64,000 bases of DNA from an uncultured bacterium (GTDB lineage: Bacteria > Bacteroidota > Bacteroidia > Bacteroidales > Bacteroidaceae). The position numbers and the translations under genes were made by a program. The notes below the pieces were generated by a model that saw only the letters and a list, made by a program, of their open reading frames with translations, did no database searches and was not told the origin of the DNA. Below, one piece after another: positions 56,465 to 64,000 of the stretch (positions are counted from its first letter, which is position 1; each line of letters opens with the position of its first letter). The DNA is taken from contig CAMNOK010000001.1 of assembly GCA_946546825.1 (NCBI GenBank), positions 12,956 to 76,955 of the forward strand, in the 5' to 3' direction.

Positions 56465-57706
56465 TTATTCAACATTAAATGGAATCGATATATGCCGCTT
56501 GGTGTCATAAAGAGCATAAGTGCCAGTCTGTTTAATGACAAAGACGACTATCGTATTGCCATTAACACTGGTCTCTTCGCTCTTTGGTTCGATAGCGTTC
56601 AACAAGCTCTTGTAGCTAATACTTGTATTGTCTTTCAATTCAACCAACTTGAAGGCGTTCTCCCCATCAATAGATGAATTCTTGAATTGCAAGACCATCT
56701 CCAGGCTCTTGTCATCTTCCTTGGTGAATTTGGGAATAGAATCGCCATCAAAGCTCTCCAGTTCGATACTACTGTCACCTTCTGTTGCATTCACAGCCAG
56801 CATTTCTTTGCCATTCAACAGAATCTGGCCTGGCTCCAGCACGACATCAATCTTTCCCTGATACTGAGGATTTTTCTCCTTCTCAACACCTGTTACTCTA
56901 TTCAGATAAATCTTGCGCTGATTACCATTTTCTTCTTCAATCACCAGGAAGTATTCTGATTCGGTGTTGCCGCCATAGTTTTGCTCAATAATGATGCCTT
57001 TCACGGTCTCACCACCTTTTATTTTCACGATATCCAAGAGCGGACTGTGAAGGAAGATGCTCTGCTTGGGATTCAATGGCTTCACGGTATATCTCACGAC
57101 ATCATTGAGGCTGAAGGTTTCCAACATCCCATTACTGAGGTAAAGACTCAGGGTACTGTCAGTTTCCTCTGCATATTGTCCTTCTATCACATCACCATCG
57201 TTCAGCTCATATACTCGGTCTATACCGGTGAGTGCAAGTTTAGGGCGCTTGTCGGACTTGATGGCTACGACGTCTTTCCATTTGATGTCGTAAACGCTGG
57301 GCGTCAGTTCCATGTACTTTACCCTGGTGCCATTTTCCAAAAGCCTTACGCCATCAACAGATTCCATGCCATATATAGGCTGACGGAATTCAATGTTATG
57401 GAGAAGGAGAAAACTGTCAGTTCCCTGAACGGTGTAGGCGTCATTTTTCTTTGCCCATTCCTTCCAAGAAGCTTGCAGTTTGGAAATGTCGTGTTTCTTC
57501 TCAAAGACATTGATAACAAGTTTACCGTCCAAAGAAATGACAGCATTATCCGAATGGAAGACAATGATATTACTGTTAATATCTTGTCTTTCAATAAACC
57601 CGTTCAAGACAGAACCATTCTTTAGGATGATTCTTTGAACAGATGCCGCCTTAGCCGTTCCGAGAACGGCTAAGGTCAGCATGAGGATAGATAATATCTT
57701 TTTCAT
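56465..57706 (-). CDS. Exported hypothetical protein with three small beta-domain repeats
   Basis: Signal peptide; IILKNGSVLNGFIERQ, YELNDGDVIEGQYAEE and VKIKGGETVKGIIIEQ repeats. Confidence 0.7.
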   Translation of the reverse strand: MKKILSILMLTLAVLGTAKAASVQRIILKNGSVLNGFIERQDINSNIIVFHSDNAVISLDGKLVINVFEKKHDISKLQASWKEWAKKNDAYTVQGTDSFLLLHNIEFRQPIYGMESVDGVRLLENGTRVKYMELTPSVYDIKWKDVVAIKSDKRPKLALTGIDRVYELNDGDVIEGQYAEETDSTLSLYLSNGMLETFSLNDVVRYTVKPLNPKQSIFLHSPLLDIVKIKGGETVKGIIIEQNYGGNTESEYFLVIEEENGNQRKIYLNRVTGVEKEKNPQYQGKIDVVLEPGQILLNGKEMLAVNATEGDSSIELESFDGDSIPKFTKEDDKSLEMVLQFKNSSIDGENAFKLVELKDNTSISYKSLLNAIEPKSEETSVNGNTIVVFVIKQTGTYALYDTKRHISIPFNVE

Positions 57707-57722
57707 TATGACTTCTGTTTAA

Positions 57723-59351
57723 TTAATCTCTTGCCTTATTTTTATCATACAATTCCTTCAAATGCTTAATGTTACAAGCATAAGCGACATCAGTTCCTCT
57801 GTGACTTGCATTAATAACTCCTACAAGACGAAAATTCTTATCAATGACAGGTGAGCCGCTTTGACCGCCGACCACATTGCTTTGAAGCTGGAACATGTTG
57901 TCATCGGGGCGTTTACTGATATAAGTACGATGGACGGTCGGCAAGAATTCAGTACCTTTAGATATAATTCTCACATTAGTATTGTATTCTGCCGGGTAGC
58001 CAATGGTTGTCAGCTCATCTTCTTGTGGATTAAGAGAGAGTTCATCAGTGCGCGCCTTCTCGATATCAAAGAAGCCACCCTTCACGATTTCATCCGGCGT
58101 CTTCTTGGAATTCAGACGAATCAATGCAACATCCTTGAACTCATCACCACTTTCAGCAATAACTTGGCATGAGTGCAAATCAGCGATTGTAGTAAAGTTG
58201 GTTCCTGTTAAAGCGATGCCGAGATACTCAAAGCTTCCTGACAATTCATAATCTGACTTCTGAATTCTTGACAGCCATGCATCAATATTCTTTAAATCGG
58301 TAATTGTTTGGGCATAGTCACTTTGTGTAGCTGTTTTACTGAGATATTTAGATACAAAGGCATTTTTTACCTGTGTACTTAATGCCTGCGTTATACTATT
58401 TGCCTTTTCTGTTATAGACACAACAATCTGCTGACGTATATTATCTTTTAAGTCATTACTGATATAGTTCCACGGACATGCTATATGTCTGTTTGTACCC
58501 AACTCTCCTTTCTCTGAAATAAAGAAAGCCGTTCCTCGCGCTTCAAGCGGTGAAACTTTTATATCTTCATTCGGCCAGTTGGTTGCAAGGGTTACTTTAC
58601 CATCCTGAACGCCGAATGTCCATTTAGTAGGCCAATCCTTAATTTTACCAATGAATGGGTCATCCTTAATAGTGACTTCTATATAATACCTTTCAAACAC
58701 GCAAGTAGTGGCAGCCTGTAGAGATTTCAAAGAAGGGTGCGGGTCCGGGAAAAATATTGCCGCGATGGCAATCAACAGGAAGCAAGCAGCTGTACCGAGG
58801 ATATATTTCCACACAGGTGTAGGAATCATCTTCCAGACACGGTCCAACTCTGCCTTTGGAACAGGAACGCCACCACACACGATGGAACTCTTACGATTTA
58901 ACCGATAGGGATTATTTGGCGTAATCTTTGAACCGTTAACGGTAGTACCGTTTTTACTATGGTCAACGATATACACTTTATTATCTCTGCTTACTTTGAT
59001 AGTAGCATGATAACGACTTACTGTTGATCCGTTCAACGAGATATCATTGTTGAAGTTCTTTCCAATGTTAAAGATTGCTTTGTAGGCAGAATTGTCTTCT
59101 GGACGAGGAACCTGACTCCACTGTAACTCTGTGTCTGCAAAACGAATGGTATCGCCATATTTCACATTGACAGGTTGCCCAGGTTTAATAGGCTGGTTCA
59201 TCACAAATGTTCCATTGCGACTTCCCTTATCTTCCAACAGGATGTCACCGCTGTCCATTAACACCAATTCGGCATGAACAGAACTAACCTTTTCACTATA
59301 CAATACGATGTCGCAGTTCTTCGGATCACGACCAATTTTTAGTAGTCTCAT
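57723..59351 (-). CDS. FHA-FHA-TM-trypsin-like serine protease
   Basis: Two FHA motifs (IGR..SSVH..SRNGT; IGK..SRYH..SKNGT), one TM, then triad motifs TNRHIA, DVALIRL and GQSGSP. Confidence 0.9.
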   Translation of the reverse strand: MRLLKIGRDPKNCDIVLYSEKVSSVHAELVLMDSGDILLEDKGSRNGTFVMNQPIKPGQPVNVKYGDTIRFADTELQWSQVPRPEDNSAYKAIFNIGKNFNNDISLNGSTVSRYHATIKVSRDNKVYIVDHSKNGTTVNGSKITPNNPYRLNRKSSIVCGGVPVPKAELDRVWKMIPTPVWKYILGTAACFLLIAIAAIFFPDPHPSLKSLQAATTCVFERYYIEVTIKDDPFIGKIKDWPTKWTFGVQDGKVTLATNWPNEDIKVSPLEARGTAFFISEKGELGTNRHIACPWNYISNDLKDNIRQQIVVSITEKANSITQALSTQVKNAFVSKYLSKTATQSDYAQTITDLKNIDAWLSRIQKSDYELSGSFEYLGIALTGTNFTTIADLHSCQVIAESGDEFKDVALIRLNSKKTPDEIVKGGFFDIEKARTDELSLNPQEDELTTIGYPAEYNTNVRIISKGTEFLPTVHRTYISKRPDDNMFQLQSNVVGGQSGSPVIDKNFRLVGVINASHRGTDVAYACNIKHLKELYDKNKARD

Positions 59352-59369
59352 ATCTTTAGGTTTTTAAAA

Positions 59370-60026
59370 TTATCCACGAATTCTTTTCTTATCCTTTGAG
59401 GATTTCTTTAACTTATCTCCTTGTTCAACAGAAGTTTTTTGCTCATTGTTTTCAACTTTCTTCTCATCAATCTTCTTTACATTGTCTTTTGCTTTAGGCT
59501 TCTGAGAGCCGTGGTTTGAAGATACATGATGGCCGCGTCTGGCATGGGCTCGGTTGATTGAATCCTCGACATGCTTTCTGATAGAATCACGCTTTTGTTC
59601 TTCTATCTGTTTTAATTGATTTTCCTGCTGTTTGACAGCCGCTGTGTCAACGACTGGGATGACATCTTGACTGGAGTTACTTCCTCTAAACATTGTAAAA
59701 GAGATGACAGCACCTATAATAACTGCAAGCACAGCAAGTCCAACAAGAGAGAACTTAAGAATTTTTGCTCCTGTATTGGGCACGAGCTTCCAGTCTAACC
59801 TGGCCACATGTGCAAATGACACGTTATCCTTACGTGATACAGGGAATGGAACATTGGGGGAAATACGCATACCATTGACATAAGTTCCATTCTGACTCAG
59901 GTCAATTATGGTCATTTTTCCTGTTGACGTCACGTTCAGTGTTGCATGACGGCGGCTGACGACGTTGGAAAGATCGTTGATAACAATATCGCAGCCAGCT
60001 TCTCGTCCGATTGAATAGACTTTCAT
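59370..60026 (-). CDS. FHA domain protein with one TM and a charged C-terminal tail
   Basis: IGRE..CDI...VSRRHA...SQNGT; TM FSLVGLAVLAVIIGAVISF. Confidence 0.88.
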   Translation of the reverse strand: MKVYSIGREAGCDIVINDLSNVVSRRHATLNVTSTGKMTIIDLSQNGTYVNGMRISPNVPFPVSRKDNVSFAHVARLDWKLVPNTGAKILKFSLVGLAVLAVIIGAVISFTMFRGSNSSQDVIPVVDTAAVKQQENQLKQIEEQKRDSIRKHVEDSINRAHARRGHHVSSNHGSQKPKAKDNVKKIDEKKVENNEQKTSVEQGDKLKKSSKDKKRIRG

Positions 60027-60041
60027 AATATGTTTATTGTT

Positions 60042-61064
60042 TTATTTTAGTACTTTTTGTGCTTTATTGATTTTCTCGTTCAGTTTGACGATGGAACTAT
60101 TTTTCTCTTGAATGATTTGTTGATTCGTAGAATCCTTCTTCTTCAAAGACTCTACTTGTGCTTTTAGACCTGCCACATCTGTCGCCAACGCGATGTTTAG
60201 CACAATACTGATTGCACACACTGCCGCAAGGCTGAGCAGAATAATTTTTATTTTCTTTGACATATTGGGCTTAAGTTTTGAATTAATTTTTGTATCAACG
60301 ATTATTAGCGTCAAATTATCATGTCCTCCTCCATTTCTTCTTCCCGTATCATCGGCAGTGGTTGCTATATTGTCGCATACAGCACCGAGAGAAGATTTGC
60401 GATTGGTAGCCAACCTGATGAGGTCGCGTTCGGGCATGATTCCGTGAATCCCATCACTACACAACAAAAAACGATCTCCCTTCTCATAAGCAACTTCTTT
60501 CACTTCTACCTCTACATCAGGCGTGATGCCTAATGCTCTAGTAATGACATTGGACTCGGCAGATAGGCGTGCCTGTTCCTCAGTAATCAATCCCTGTTTT
60601 ACCAAATCAAAGACTACAGAATGGTCAAAGGTACGAAATATCTTCCTCTTTCCCCGAAATTGATAGACGCGACTATCTCCTACATGAGCCACAAATGCCG
60701 ACTGAGGAGAAAGGAGCAAAACTGTAGCAGTTGAACCCATACCCTTAAAAGCAGGATTTTCATTACCATACGAGATTATTGCCATGTTTGCCCTGCGAAT
60801 GGATTTGATTATAATATTAGGAATCTCTTCATCGGGTTCAGCTTCTTTGATACCAGTAATGATTTCCTGAACAGCTATAGTAGAAGCCGTTTTACCACCA
60901 GGACCACCTCCCATGCCATCGCATACTGTAAAGAGAAAGCCAAAAGGGGTTTCCAAGGCTCCATAAGAGTCTTGATTCTCTTGTCTTCCACCAATACGAG
61001 ACTCAGCGAATCCTATGAAGAAATCTTTATCTGATTTATGCAGTTGTTTGAGTTCCAATTCCAT
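60042..61064 (-). CDS. Membrane-anchored PP2C/PPM Ser/Thr phosphatase
   Basis: RQENQD, VCDGMGG, HVGDSR, DHS, CSDGIH and HDNLT; TM then a short coiled coil. Confidence 0.93.
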   Translation of the reverse strand: MELELKQLHKSDKDFFIGFAESRIGGRQENQDSYGALETPFGFLFTVCDGMGGGPGGKTASTIAVQEIITGIKEAEPDEEIPNIIIKSIRRANMAIISYGNENPAFKGMGSTATVLLLSPQSAFVAHVGDSRVYQFRGKRKIFRTFDHSVVFDLVKQGLITEEQARLSAESNVITRALGITPDVEVEVKEVAYEKGDRFLLCSDGIHGIMPERDLIRLATNRKSSLGAVCDNIATTADDTGRRNGGGHDNLTLIIVDTKINSKLKPNMSKKIKIILLSLAAVCAISIVLNIALATDVAGLKAQVESLKKKDSTNQQIIQEKNSSIVKLNEKINKAQKVLK

Positions 61065-61077
61065 AACAAAAGAATTT

Positions 61078-62076
61078 TTATAGTAGAATGATAATAATGA
61101 AGAAGATAATTACCGTAAGAGTTAGTACTCCTGCAAAAATGGCGATAGGATGTTCTTTAATCCATTGTGATAGCTGCTCAAATGGTGACGGGTCTGGCAA
61201 CAAAGCATTTTGAATAGCTTGCTTGAAATCAAGCGCTGTCTGATAGCGTCGGCTTTGCTCCTTTTCCGTGGCCTTCCATATCACTTGCATCAACTTTTTG
61301 GGAATCATATCACTTGAAGGAAGGCGGTCTTTCATCTGTCTTTTCAATGTTTCTGCCTCTGTTTCACAAGACATTGGATTCTTTCCTGTCAACAGTTCAT
61401 AGAAAGTGATTCCCAGTTCATAGATATCTGTTGTAGCATTGATTTGAACTTCTCCTCTGTTTTGTTCTCTCAGCATTTGTTCGGGAGCAGAGTATTCTGG
61501 CGTGCCAATGAATCCATAAGACGAGAACTGGTTTCCTCCATTCATGCGAGAGATGCCGAGATCCATCAGACGGACATTTGACCCATTCTCTATCATTATA
61601 TTAGACGGCTTGATGTCACGGTGAATAACTCCGCGTGAATGAACATAGTCAAGGGCATCAAGAACAGAGCAGATTGCTCTACAAATCTTCTCTACCCGTT
61701 CAGGATGTTCTGCAAAATTCTTCACATACTTGTCAATATTCTCTCCCTGTACAAAATGGCTCAATATGAAAATAGGGCCATTATCTGGAGCATACTCGCA
61801 ATAGCCAATCATTTCCACAAGATTGGGATGTCTAAAAGCGAGCGATGCCTCTTGTCGCGCGCGCTCGCGAATCATTCTATTATTAGCATAGGCATCAAGA
61901 ACTCTTTTTACGGCTATTATAGACCCTGTCTTGCATCTGTACCCTCTATACACTTCTCCCATTGCGCCACTGCCAATAGGTGGCTCCGAAGGATTGTAGC
62001 AATACCACTCCCCCATGACATATAGGTAAATGTATGGATCGTTTTTCCGCCTGACTACTGTTTGCATGGTATTCAA
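61078..62076 (-). CDS. Hanks-type Ser/Thr kinase with a C-terminal membrane anchor (canonical catalytic loop)
   Basis: GSGAMGEV, IAVK, HRDIKPSN, DLG and GTPEYSAPE; terminal TM. Confidence 0.93.
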   Translation of the reverse strand: MNTMQTVVRRKNDPYIYLYVMGEWYCYNPSEPPIGSGAMGEVYRGYRCKTGSIIAVKRVLDAYANNRMIRERARQEASLAFRHPNLVEMIGYCEYAPDNGPIFILSHFVQGENIDKYVKNFAEHPERVEKICRAICSVLDALDYVHSRGVIHRDIKPSNIMIENGSNVRLMDLGISRMNGGNQFSSYGFIGTPEYSAPEQMLREQNRGEVQINATTDIYELGITFYELLTGKNPMSCETEAETLKRQMKDRLPSSDMIPKKLMQVIWKATEKEQSRRYQTALDFKQAIQNALLPDPSPFEQLSQWIKEHPIAIFAGVLTLTVIIFFIIIILL

Positions 62077-62083
62077 TTTTTAG

Positions 62084-63679
62084 TTATCGAACAATATTCT
62101 CGAGCTTTTGAATATTCGTATTGATGCTCCTTACAAACTCATGGTCTTCAGCCTCTTTAGCATATTTGCCTGCTTCCCTGAAGAGTTTCAATGCCTCTGC
62201 CAGATTCCTCTTGTATTCACTTGCCCTACTACTTCCGCCATAAAAGTCACAACCAAGCTCGTAAAGAGCTTTATAGTTTGAAGAATCTTGCCTAACAGCC
62301 AGCAGAAGAAGTTCCTGCGCCTTCTTGTTATTGATACTTAACTCTGCATTGTTTCTCATTTCGATGATTGAGTCAGGGCAAAAGTCCTGAGCAGCAAGGC
62401 TTTTGAAATAGAGTCTGCTTAATAGATAGGAAGCTTCTGAATTTCCAGACTCAGAGAGGGCTAAAAGTTCCATTATACCATCTGAAGCAGATTCTTTTTT
62501 ATAAAGTCTTGATACAGCTTGGGCATAAGCATCTATAACATGATTTGCAGATTGGGAATCAGATTCATGATTTGTCACTTCTGCTACGAGTTGTGGATGA
62601 GGAGGCTGAGAGGGTGGTTTAAGTTGTTTCCAGCCCACTACAATGACACTGATGGCAATAACAACAGCTGCTATATATTCAACATACTTAAGCGGAACAC
62701 TATCATCCCACCAATGGCCGTTATTACTTAACGGAGTTGGTAGGTGGTCAATGGCAACTCTGAATTCTGCTGCACTGGCATAGCGCTTCTCTCTTGACTT
62801 TTCTACAGCCTTTGCAATGATTTTGCGAATATGCTTATTTTTGATGAGATGAAGAGGTGGCTTCTTATGTATCTGCATGTGAAGCACAGCCTGCTTATCG
62901 CCCTCAAAGGGGGGGTGGCCAACGATACATTGAAACAACAAGATACCAACAGCGTAGATATCTGTTGTCTGGTTTTGATGGCCGATGTCTCCAAGAACGA
63001 GTTCGGGTGCAGCATACTCTGGCTTTCCAATAAATGCACCAGCATTTGTGAGTGACTTGTCGTGGCTTGTCAGCGATCGAAGCTGCTTAGCTATGCCGAA
63101 ATCAATCAGCTTGACGTGTCCGTCACTGGTAATCATGATGTTGGTTGGATCAATGTCACGATGTATATAGCCCGCATCATGAAGGGCCATCAAGCCGGAA
63201 AGAACACTTCTTATTATGTAAACGGCAAAATGATTAACGTCTCTCTGATAGTCATTATATAACTTTTGTGCAAAGGGCATGATTCTTCCAGTTCTGTCAA
63301 CGATGCGCCCCTGAAGCAGGTCATCAAGCATGATACCTTCCAAAAGTTCACTGACAACATGATAATGTTTTCGGACTTCTCCAATGACATTTTTCTCTTC
63401 AGTCTCAATGAAGCCCAACATCTCAACAAGATTCTCATGTTTTATTTGAATAGAAGCTTCTCTACGGGCACGTTCTATCGTTTGAGGAGCTTGCCACTGA
63501 AGTTCGTCAAACATGAACTTTACAGCAACAAGTTTTCTGCTGTGCGTGTTTTCATCAACACACCAGCCTTTATACACCTTACCCATGCCGCCCACGCCGA
63601 GGGGTTCTTCTGCTGAATCAAATTCATAGAAGATGCCTCTGCGTTTTTCGGCTTTACCTTGTAGTCTGTATAACGACAT
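62084..63679 (-). CDS. Membrane-anchored Hanks-type kinase, atypical HRDIDPTN/GKPEY variant, with a Sel1/TPR-like C-terminal domain
   Basis: GVGGMGKV, VAVK, HRDIDPTN, DFG and GKPEYAAPE; TM; GNSEASYLLSRLY and KALYELGCDFY..EALKLFREA Sel1-like helices. Confidence 0.93.
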   Translation of the reverse strand: MSLYRLQGKAEKRRGIFYEFDSAEEPLGVGGMGKVYKGWCVDENTHSRKLVAVKFMFDELQWQAPQTIERARREASIQIKHENLVEMLGFIETEEKNVIGEVRKHYHVVSELLEGIMLDDLLQGRIVDRTGRIMPFAQKLYNDYQRDVNHFAVYIIRSVLSGLMALHDAGYIHRDIDPTNIMITSDGHVKLIDFGIAKQLRSLTSHDKSLTNAGAFIGKPEYAAPELVLGDIGHQNQTTDIYAVGILLFQCIVGHPPFEGDKQAVLHMQIHKKPPLHLIKNKHIRKIIAKAVEKSREKRYASAAEFRVAIDHLPTPLSNNGHWWDDSVPLKYVEYIAAVVIAISVIVVGWKQLKPPSQPPHPQLVAEVTNHESDSQSANHVIDAYAQAVSRLYKKESASDGIMELLALSESGNSEASYLLSRLYFKSLAAQDFCPDSIIEMRNNAELSINNKKAQELLLLAVRQDSSNYKALYELGCDFYGGSSRASEYKRNLAEALKLFREAGKYAKEAEDHEFVRSINTNIQKLENIVR

Positions 63680-63697
63680 AGACGCTAAAAAGTCAAA

Positions 63698-64000
63698 TTA
63701 CATCCCAATCGTTCCGCCCTTGTTATTTCCCAAAGTTCCGTCCAATCCTACCGTTCCAGGACTTGGGGTGAAGGGAGAGTTGCCAACTGACGACTGAGAG
63801 CCGAACGGTTGGAATGACTCGCCTGGTTTGGTAAAGCCTGGAGGAATGGAACCATTATAATCAAGGATTTCGTCTTCAGCATCTTCACTAACCTCTGTTC
63901 CGATAAATTTATCTGAAACATGTAGTCCAAGTGCTGCTGTATCTATAAGTACAAGGAACAACTCATAGTTATCACCAATAGTGATAATATCACCGTTTTG
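63698..64000 (-). CDS. Partial gene (5' end outside window), probable FHA-domain protein with a Pro/Gly/Thr-rich tail
   Basis: The frame is open to the window edge: QNGDIITIGDNYELFLVLID resembles the last strands of an FHA domain. Confidence 0.65.
   Translation of the reverse strand, partial: QNGDIITIGDNYELFLVLIDTAALGLHVSDKFIGTEVSEDAEDEILDYNGSIPPGFTKPGESFQPFGSQSSVGNSPFTPSPGTVGLDGTLGNNKGGTIGM

Noticed and set aside
48229-64000. Type VI secretion locus or prophage
   Set aside because: No Hcp, VgrG, sheath, baseplate, ClpV, integrase or phage structural genes are visible; genes beyond the window edge cannot be excluded
1-64000. tRNA, rRNA or intact transposase genes
   Set aside because: None recognised by eye; a covariance-model scan would be needed to exclude small ncRNAs

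Overview
Bacteroidales chromosomal window, most likely Prevotella (inferred from TTTG-N19-20-TAnnTTTG promoters, T9SS-type C-terminal domains, a murF-alr fusion and the gene content). From left to right: (1) a minus-strand sialic-acid/amino-sugar operon (nagB, four-helix-bundle gene, NagB-PIG-L fusion, sialate esterase-mutarotase fusion, nanT, nanA, nanE, creatininase-like gene, GH97); (2) housekeeping genes (hflX, DUF4954, M16 peptidase, class I fumarase, PL11 lyase, RsiV-like lipoprotein, rhaM, dnaA, MlaD, amidase, folB, a stand-alone NrdJ C-terminal domain, nitroreductase); (3) a uronate cluster with an orphan PTS IIC, a signal-peptide-bearing KduI and an ExuT-like carrier; (4) repeat elements, murF-alr, a large T9SS cargo with an unannotated 59-aa upstream ORF, and a GH3 pseudogene; (5) from 48.2 kb to the window edge, a tightly packed co-oriented cluster of at least 14 genes. 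This last cluster encodes 3 membrane-anchored Hanks kinases, 2 membrane-anchored PP2C phosphatases, 4 FHA proteins (one fused through a TM helix to a trypsin protease) and exported/outer-membrane proteins. It is the best candidate for an undescribed system, and two of its kinases share a coupled K-to-D (catalytic loop) and T-to-K (P+1 loop) substitution. The second candidate is a four-helix-bundle gene enclosed in a 35-bp stem whose imperfections are all G-U pairs on the mRNA strand. All calls come from reading motifs by eye; no searches or computations were run.
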